Source: Bacteriovoracaceae bacterium (GTDB lineage Bacteria > Bdellovibrionota > Bacteriovoracia > Bacteriovoracales > Bacteriovoracaceae). From it: a stretch of 64,000 nt of DNA. The notes beneath the pieces were generated by a model that was not told where the DNA came from, did no database searches, and saw only the letters and a program-made list of their open reading frames with translations. A program made the position numbers and the translations under genes. Positions 57,629 to 64,000 of this stretch are shown in pieces (position 1 is the stretch's first letter; every line of letters begins with the position of its first letter). The stretch is from positions 1 to 64,000 of the forward strand of contig JABIHA010000087.1 of the NCBI GenBank assembly GCA_018649885.1. Direction: 5' to 3'.

Positions 57629-58859
57629 ACTCAGGCTCATCATATTTCTCGACTCTATTGATGGGGGAAAAATCCCCATTATCATACACAACCCCACTTC
57701 CAATTAAGTGTGAGGCGCCTCCACTCTTATTGTAAAAAACAATCACTTTTCCGATAGTAATAGAATAAATAGGCTTTTTAAATACAAGATAGGCACAGTT
57801 GTTATTCTTAAAATAAAGCGTGCACATTTCTCTTTCTTCTTGATCGGCCATGTGATGGATAAATACTTCAATAGGCTTTGTTTTATCAATCTCTTTGACA
57901 AAGAAAACATTTACAATTGAACAACAATCAAAGAAAAACTCGTCAGGTGGCCCAATTACAATTTTTCGGTCCATGGAATTTATTTCAACTACAACATTTT
58001 CTTTATCAACCATTCCAAAAAAGTTTTCAGTGGAAAGATTCTCTTGACCGATTTCGTACTCAATGACTCCCTGGTGATCACCAATAACTGCTCCGCCACC
58101 CTCTGTATGAATAGTTCCCGACTCTCTAAGATCTGGTGGACTTTGAGATTTAAAGAATTCTAATTCCTTACCTTCCAAAAAAATACTCTCTGTCTCTCCA
58201 GAATAAATTTCAATTTTTTGTCCAAAACTTTTGAGAAGTTTTTCTACCTCTGTTTTTCTTAAATCCCCTAGAGGGAATAGCAGCTTTTTGAAAAGGCTTG
58301 CATCTGTTTGGCATAGAAAATAGGACTGGTCACTCTTAATATCATTGGCAGTTAAAAGGGCAAATTCATTTTTCACTAAATTTCGATGGATCTTCGCGTA
58401 GTGGCCAGTGGCAATCAGATCTGTTTCCAATTTTTCAGATTTTTCGGCCAATATTTTCATAATGAGCTTATTTTCAGCGTACCTAAGTGGATAGCTCTCA
58501 CCCGCCAGCCTAGCTGCCACCATTGGCTCAATAATACAGTCAAAATACTCACGGCTTGCCTGTATTCCGTAAAAAGGAATCCCTATTTTTTGACAAAATG
58601 TTTGCAGGTTTTCAAGGTTTTGATAGCTTCTGGGTTTAAAAAATGATGGAGTAAAAAAACTCTCAAACTTATCATCTAAAAAAACGATGGAAACACCTAT
58701 GCACTTATAGCCTTGCTTGTTGAGTAAGTAGGCCACAACAGTAGAGTCCATCCCCCCAGTCAAAGACAAGAGAACCTTTGTCTCATTAGGCTGTTTTCCA
58801 GTCACACTTGGTTTCTGACTTTTTTTGTTGGTTTTATTTTTTGGTTCACTACCCATCAT
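57576..58859 (-). CDS. MnmA-like paralog lacking the catalytic cysteines
   Basis: TGGMDS, ATGHYAK, DQSYFL and LFPLG are kept; NPDxxCN is replaced by YPLRYAEN and DSxGICF by ETESIFL. Confidence 0.8.
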   Translation of the reverse strand: MMGSEPKNKTNKKSQKPSVTGKQPNETKVLLSLTGGMDSTVVAYLLNKQGYKCIGVSIVFLDDKFESFFTPSFFKPRSYQNLENLQTFCQKIGIPFYGIQASREYFDCIIEPMVAARLAGESYPLRYAENKLIMKILAEKSEKLETDLIATGHYAKIHRNLVKNEFALLTANDIKSDQSYFLCQTDASLFKKLLFPLGDLRKTEVEKLLKSFGQKIEIYSGETESIFLEGKELEFFKSQSPPDLRESGTIHTEGGGAVIGDHQGVIEYEIGQENLSTENFFGMVDKENVVVEINSMDRKIVIGPPDEFFFDCCSIVNVFFVKEIDKTKPIEVFIHHMADQEEREMCTLYFKNNNCAYLVFKKPIYSITIGKVIVFYNKSGGASHLIGSGVVYDNGDFSPINRVEKYDEPEYDTEGKVVRTPPKEFKF

Positions 58860-58980
58860 AGTATTATAGTTGAGGCAGCTACTTCTGGGGTAGCACAAAT
58901 TAACAAACGAAATATTTACCTGTATGAAGGTTTTCGCAGAATAACTTTATCCAATTTATTTTGAGATCGATAAGATAACT

Positions 58981-59628
58981 ATGTTGAAAAGTACCCTATC
59001 ACCAGACCAAAAGGTTACCTATTTTTTTGATAAGAAAAAATGGGCGTGGAATAACCAAGTGAATGGTCTCAAATTATTTTTGAATTTTCTGAGGTATCTA
59101 GGCACCCCTAAGCCCATTAGTTTTTCCTATATCTCTCCAAAAAATGATCTTATTAGAGATATCACTATCAAAGAAAATATACTCTTAGAGTCCATTGAAG
59201 CGGATTTTATGAGCACAAAAGAAAATCGCTTTGACCAACTTATAGCTGAGTCAAATAATATATACCTAGAGCAAATATTGGCCAAAATTCCTGCCCTTGA
59301 TAGCCTGCCTCAAGCACTCGACCAAAAAGCTCAACATATGGTCTCACTAATCAAGGGTTTGCTTAAGCCATCTGAGTTCATCTTTTATGAGGAACCTTCG
59401 TGGGAATTATCACCTGAAGAGGAAGTTCTTATCAAAAAAATCTTTCAATTTGAAAATAGAAGCCTACTTGTGGCCAGTAGTAATGAGGTTTTATGGAAAA
59501 AATCTCTAGATAAATCAGTCATAAAATCGAGACAAAATGGCTATTCTCTCATTGAAAATGAACTCGATAGAGCAGGTGATGAGAGCGTTTTAAACTTTCA
59601 CTACTTCGGTGCGAAGAAAGCAGCCTAA
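58981..59628 (+). CDS. Degenerate ABC-ATPase-like protein
   Basis: ITIKENI and LLKPSEFIFYEEP (Walker B/D-loop-like) are present; no Walker A is seen. Confidence 0.5.
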   Translation: MLKSTLSPDQKVTYFFDKKKWAWNNQVNGLKLFLNFLRYLGTPKPISFSYISPKNDLIRDITIKENILLESIEADFMSTKENRFDQLIAESNNIYLEQILAKIPALDSLPQALDQKAQHMVSLIKGLLKPSEFIFYEEPSWELSPEEEVLIKKIFQFENRSLLVASSNEVLWKKSLDKSVIKSRQNGYSLIENELDRAGDESVLNFHYFGAKKAA

Positions 59629-59714
59629 ATCCTCAAATCATATTTCTTCACAAGCCTATATATTTCCGATATTCTTGATAAAATTACTTTTGCTAACCCT
59701 TAGAGATAACAACA

Positions 59715-60869
59715 ATGAAGTTTAACTTTATCGATCTATTTGCAGGCGCCGGAGGTCTTTCCTGCGGTATGGAACTAGCTGGACACAAATGCCTTTTAGG
59801 CGTTGATGTAGATAAGCATGCCATGAAGACCTTTGAACAAAATCATAAATACTCTAAAGCCTACTGCGGCGATATAAAAAAATTAAAGGGAAAGACCCTT
59901 AAAGAATACCTGGGAAATAAAACTGTCCATGTAGTCGTTGGTGGGCCTCCTTGTCAGGGATTTTCTACAGTAGGAGTGGGAAACCCAAAAGATTTGAGAA
60001 ATTCACTTTTCTTAGAATATTGTAGAATCGTCAAAGAGACCAAGCCATACTTTATTATCATGGAAAACGTTACAGGCCTTCTTGCTAAAAAAAATGAAAC
60101 CACCCTTAACAATATTTTTAAAAAATTCGAATCCATGGGCTATCACATGGATGTTAAAGTAATGGCCTCTCAAAACTACGGAGTTCCTGAAAAAAGAAGA
60201 AGAACAATCATTATTGGAAGTCGGTTGTCTTCAAAAATCAAATTTCCAGTTGAGACCCACGACACCTATAAAAATAATGAATATATACCCCCGGCCTTGG
60301 TTGGAGAGGTGTTAGAAGACCTAGAGTGCTCAAGTGGGGACATCTACAATCACGATCTGAGTGCAGCTGGTGTCAGATCAAAACTTGATCTAAAGAGAAT
60401 CAAAAGAATTCCTGAAGGCCAAGGAATTCGTTATCAAAAAGATGAAAAATCATTTCTCCCCCCCTCTCTAAGATTGGATGTGGTTTGGGAAGAGCTTCCA
60501 GAGAAAAGATTTAGACAAACCAAATACTGCAGGCTTGATCGATTTAAGCCCTCTCCTACTATATTAACAAGCCGCTACACTTATTATCATCCTACTGAGC
60601 ATAGATATCTCACACAAAGGGAAGCTGCTAAACTTCAAAGCTTTCCCAATGATTTTGTTTTTCATGGCCCAGTTGCCGCTCAGTGGAAACAAATTGGTAA
60701 TGCGGTCCCTCCTATCATGGCAAAGGCCCTGGGTAAGGCACTGATCAGCATGTATAAAAGTGCCAAAAGCTCTAAAAACTCAAATGTAAAAATCACTAAG
60801 AGTGCCAAGAGCAAAATCAGCCAGGTAAGGTCTAAAGCATTTGTCTACAGAGGCAAAGAGGCCCAGTAA
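59715..60869 (+). CDS. DNA (cytosine-5)-methyltransferase
   Basis: Motifs DLFAGAGG, GGPPCQGFS, ENV, R.R, REAAKLQSFP and QIGNAVPP. Confidence 0.95.
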   Translation: MKFNFIDLFAGAGGLSCGMELAGHKCLLGVDVDKHAMKTFEQNHKYSKAYCGDIKKLKGKTLKEYLGNKTVHVVVGGPPCQGFSTVGVGNPKDLRNSLFLEYCRIVKETKPYFIIMENVTGLLAKKNETTLNNIFKKFESMGYHMDVKVMASQNYGVPEKRRRTIIIGSRLSSKIKFPVETHDTYKNNEYIPPALVGEVLEDLECSSGDIYNHDLSAAGVRSKLDLKRIKRIPEGQGIRYQKDEKSFLPPSLRLDVVWEELPEKRFRQTKYCRLDRFKPSPTILTSRYTYYHPTEHRYLTQREAAKLQSFPNDFVFHGPVAAQWKQIGNAVPPIMAKALGKALISMYKSAKSSKNSNVKITKSAKSKISQVRSKAFVYRGKEAQ

Positions 60870-60873
60870 GAAA

Positions 60874-60907
60874 TATACTGATCCCAGTTTGAATTTCAAG
60901 TGGCGTA
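60874..60907. repeat. Truncated copy (left arm) of the MITE-like element
   Basis: 34 bp identical to 17851-17884. Confidence 0.85.
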
Positions 60908-60920
60908 TACCTATCCCATT

Positions 60921-61922
60921 TTAAAATCTGACAGAGCAATTTACCTTCATCGCCATTTGGGTGAATTTATTCATAGGCTTGACCCTGATTTGCAGCCGCA
61001 TCTCACCCAAGAGGATCTCAAAAGAGGAAAGTTTGGGTTTTAAGGGCGCCAGGGATACAGATGCAAGAGCATTTTGAAAATCCAAATAATTCATATTCTT
61101 AATAGAGCTCAGAAGGTACCTTCCACTTTTGTCTTCACTGTGAAAGAGACAAACTTGTTCAACATTTTCTAAACTAAAGCCACACAGTGGGCCTAGGGCC
61201 TTCTTAAAACAGACAGGGTCATTTTGGTATATGGCCAAAAAAGCATTGTAAACCTCTTTGATAACTCGGTGATAATGCTCTTTAATTAATTTTTTTAACG
61301 GCGCCGGTAAATTGCCCGGCAATGTAGGAAGTGACAGCTCGTCCCACGCAGAATCGAATTCACCATTCCAGCCCTCGAGGCCGTAGTACTGGTAGAACTC
61401 AGCACCCAATTGAAAAAAGGAGCTTGAAAGTGTGTCAGCAATTTGTGCCTGAAGCTTTAAGGCCAACTCAGTGGCGAAGTAATTTTCAATAAAGCTCTTT
61501 ATGCCACCACTTTTAGTGTTCACGAAGGAATTTTTCTTACAAAGCTTAATGCTTAAAAGTCGCTCCCCACTTTCACCGCAACCAATCCTTATATCACCTT
61601 CACCAAAAGAGCTGTGGCCTTTGCCACCTGCAACCTTTCCAATTAGATGGATGCTTTTAACAACACTACGATCATGAGAACAAATTCGGCTTGTTACTTC
61701 ACGCGCCAAAAGTGGGATCCGCTTCAATAGCTCTGGATCCTTTGAGCGAAGTAAGCGCTCATAGGCCTTCAACTGCTTTCTGAATTCAGGACCAAGCTCT
61801 TCTAGATACTGACTTTCAAGGCCATAGTGCCTGGCCAAATAAGAGCCCACAGAAAACTCAAAAAGATTTCCTTTAAACTCGTTTAAGTAAGCCTGTTTTA
61901 CGGCACTATTTTGCTGCTCCAT
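60921..61922 (-). CDS. Hypothetical protein, possible PD-(D/E)xK restriction endonuclease
   Basis: KGNLFE...GDIRI...LSIK pattern; convergent with the C5 methyltransferase. Confidence 0.5.
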   Translation of the reverse strand: MEQQNSAVKQAYLNEFKGNLFEFSVGSYLARHYGLESQYLEELGPEFRKQLKAYERLLRSKDPELLKRIPLLAREVTSRICSHDRSVVKSIHLIGKVAGGKGHSSFGEGDIRIGCGESGERLLSIKLCKKNSFVNTKSGGIKSFIENYFATELALKLQAQIADTLSSSFFQLGAEFYQYYGLEGWNGEFDSAWDELSLPTLPGNLPAPLKKLIKEHYHRVIKEVYNAFLAIYQNDPVCFKKALGPLCGFSLENVEQVCLFHSEDKSGRYLLSSIKNMNYLDFQNALASVSLAPLKPKLSSFEILLGEMRLQIRVKPMNKFTQMAMKVNCSVRF

Positions 61923-62107
61923 AGGCCTAGACTATAATGGGATTTCTCCATTTGCAATTGAGCTGCCCTGGGTACATTCCCCAACCTGCGTACGGTGCGT
62001 CCACATGTGGAAAAGAGCTTTTTTCCTTGTAAAAATTGCTGATAAAAGCTATATCTATAAAAACGCAGCTTGGAGAATTTCTCCATTTTGATAAGGACGC
62101 TTAATAA

Positions 62108-63022
62108 GTGTACCCAACAGTCCTAGAAAATATTCAGGACTTAGGAATGGGCCAAATCCAGCAGCTCCTAAGTCTCTCTAAAAAACTCAAAACTAGCGAA
62201 ACACAGCCCCCTTCTTTTTCCCCAAACCCTTTTACTGCCGCTTTAATTTTTAATGAGAACTCTACTAGAACCAAATACTCTTTTGCCAAATCAATTATAA
62301 ATCTAGATTACCGCTATGTGGATATCAACCCAGAGTCATCGAGCATGAAAAAAGGTGAAGATCTGGAAGAGACACTTTTGACCTTGAAGGCCCAAGGCTA
62401 TGGCCTTTTAATCATGAGAACTCCCAATAGTGGAGAATTTTCAAAGTTTAAAAAGCACTCCCCTCTCCCTATCATTAATGCAGGAGATGGATCTAATCAG
62501 CACCCAACACAAGCCTTGCTGGATCTTTTTACCATGATAGAGCTAGGTGAGGATCCAAAAGGTAAGACAGTCACTTTTATAGGTGACTGTGCCCACTCTA
62601 GAGTGGTCAATTCCCTGGCGCCACTTCTCATCAGCTGGGGAGCAAAAGTCAATTTTTGTGGACCAGATGAATTTATGCCAGACAGTAGTAAGCACAGTGA
62701 AGTCAAAAGATTAGGCCAGCTAGAATCTGCTGTGGACGGGTCAGATATTTTATATTTACTCAGAATCCAAAGTGAAAGACATCAAAGTAGAAGCTCAGAT
62801 TCATTTATCACTGACTACGCTACAAATTTTCAAGTGAACCAAGTAAGTTTAAAGGGCAAGCGAATACCCATCTATCACCCAGGTCCGGCAAATATTGGAG
62901 TGGAAATAGATCACCAAACCCTAAAAGGAGAGCTCTATAGAGGCTACCACCAAGTGGAAAATTCTATTTTTATGAGAATGGCCCTAGTCAAATCCTATTT
63001 CGAACTAGGAAGAGGGCAATAA
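62108..63022 (+). CDS. pyrB: Aspartate carbamoyltransferase catalytic subunit
   Basis: Motifs ENSTRT, SS.KKGE, INAGDG, HPTQALLD, HSRV, RIQ.ER and HPGP. Confidence 0.95.
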   Translation: MYPTVLENIQDLGMGQIQQLLSLSKKLKTSETQPPSFSPNPFTAALIFNENSTRTKYSFAKSIINLDYRYVDINPESSSMKKGEDLEETLLTLKAQGYGLLIMRTPNSGEFSKFKKHSPLPIINAGDGSNQHPTQALLDLFTMIELGEDPKGKTVTFIGDCAHSRVVNSLAPLLISWGAKVNFCGPDEFMPDSSKHSEVKRLGQLESAVDGSDILYLLRIQSERHQSRSSDSFITDYATNFQVNQVSLKGKRIPIYHPGPANIGVEIDHQTLKGELYRGYHQVENSIFMRMALVKSYFELGRGQ

Positions 63023-63052
63023 AGCGATGAAAACAAAAATCAGAAAATATTT

Positions 63053-63082
63053 AAAAAGGCCTGTCACTCAGGCCTTTTTTTT
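63053..63082 (+). terminator. Intrinsic terminator between pyrB and carA
   Basis: AAAAAGGCCTG-TCACT-CAGGCC followed by T8. Confidence 0.75.
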
Positions 63083-63097
63083 AAGAGGTAAAACAAT

Positions 63098-64000
63098 ATG
63101 GAAATTAGAAAACGAAGAGCAAAAGATTGCTTTATCCACTTTAAAAGTGGAGCTATGTTTAAGGCATCTGCATTAACACATAGTAAAATTGAAGATCCCA
63201 TAGGTAGTATCCTTTGGGGGGAGTCGGCCTTCACCACATCTATGTCGGGATACCAAGAAACCCTTACCGATCCATCTTACCTTGGACAACATATTATTTT
63301 TGCCTACCCTCACATTGGAAACTACGCCCCCTGTGATCAAGCAATGCAAGCAAGTAGAAGTTTTGCTACCTGTGCAGTGGCCAGAAATTTTTCTCCCAAT
63401 GATTTTCTAGATTCTCTTGATATCCCTCTGATAACAGACCTTGATACCAGATCGTTAATTAAATATTTAACTCATGAAAAAAAAGGGGTGCTCAGTGCAA
63501 TCAGCTATGACTCCAAGACCCCTAGTGCTGCCCAGTTTGATACAGCAACACTGAGGTGCAATGGTCTCTTAGAAGTCTCTATTGATAAACCTATTGTCCA
63601 CAAAAAAGGAGCAAACCCCATTGTGGTCATGGACTACGGGATAAAAAAATCAATTCTTTTTGAACTGCTGGGGCTAGGCATTCCTCTAGTCCAACTTCCC
63701 TATAATGCCAGCTATGAAGATATTATGAGCTTTGATCCGAGGATGGTATTTCTATCCAATGGTCCAGGGGATCCTGCACATTACCAAGATCAAGTTGCCG
63801 TTGTCTCTCAGGTTCTTAAAACAAAAATACCAATTAGAGCGATTTGTCTTGGACACCAGCTAACAGGCTTGGCCCTTGGGGCCACAAGCTACCAATTGCC
63901 TTTTGGACACAGGGGAACCAACCATCCAGTTAAGAATCACACCTCTGGCGAAATACTCATTACTAGTCAAAACCACGGGCACGCACTTGACCCTGAAAGC
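63098..64000 (+). CDS. carA: Carbamoyl-phosphate synthase small subunit (3'-partial; not in the ORF track)
   Basis: Own translation gives GESAFTTSMSGYQETLTDPSY, YPHIGNY, LSNGPGDP, ICLGHQ, FGHRG.NHPV and TSQNHG. Confidence 0.93.
   Translation, partial: MEIRKRRAKDCFIHFKSGAMFKASALTHSKIEDPIGSILWGESAFTTSMSGYQETLTDPSYLGQHIIFAYPHIGNYAPCDQAMQASRSFATCAVARNFSPNDFLDSLDIPLITDLDTRSLIKYLTHEKKGVLSAISYDSKTPSAAQFDTATLRCNGLLEVSIDKPIVHKKGANPIVVMDYGIKKSILFELLGLGIPLVQLPYNASYEDIMSFDPRMVFLSNGPGDPAHYQDQVAVVSQVLKTKIPIRAICLGHQLTGLALGATSYQLPFGHRGTNHPVKNHTSGEILITSQNHGHALDPES

Noticed and set aside
62073..62087. TGGAGAA-T-TTCTCCA palindrome upstream of pyrB
   Set aside because: It is a single short palindrome with no recognisable PyrR-binding loop or terminator context.
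1155..62706. Numerous short ORFs nested in or antisense to well-supported genes
   Set aside because: They are shadow ORFs of strongly supported coding frames, with no independent evidence.

Overview
AT-rich (about 40% GC by eye) bacterial chromosomal window. The gene style (many orphan secreted proteins, Bdellovibrionota-type HNH and Ig-like domains) suggests Bdellovibrionota/Bacteriovoracia; this is an inference, not a marker-gene call. In order, the window contains: (1) the 3' part of a giant secreted Ig/Kelch/GLUG-repeat protein; (2) a signal-peptide-bearing RelA/SpoT-type HD hydrolase; (3) a Ser/Thr kinase plus sigma54 activator flanked by two near-consensus sigma54 promoters, one driving four paralogous outer-membrane barrels that share a TYNFNFY motif; (4) an anaerobic aromatic-CoA cluster (hcrABC, dch, oah, had, beta-oxidation genes), with a divergent radical dehydratase/reductase subunit, activase, PanE-like and HisC-like operon; (5) an HNH endonuclease gene enclosed by about 240-bp imperfect inverted repeats, with a third direct copy upstream; (6) secreted hydrolases, lsrF, a triheme cytochrome plus heme-porin pair, and hutGF; (7) tRNA-Leu(GAG), mnmA with a degenerate paralog, a C5 DNA methyltransferase with a convergent putative endonuclease, pyrB and the start of carA. 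A TATAC-ended MITE-like repeat occurs three times. The best candidates for undescribed systems are the repeat-flanked HNH element, the kinase/sigma54/TYNFNFY-barrel module and the aromatic-amino-acid-to-benzoyl-CoA pathway. All calls are by-eye motif recognition; no database searches were run.
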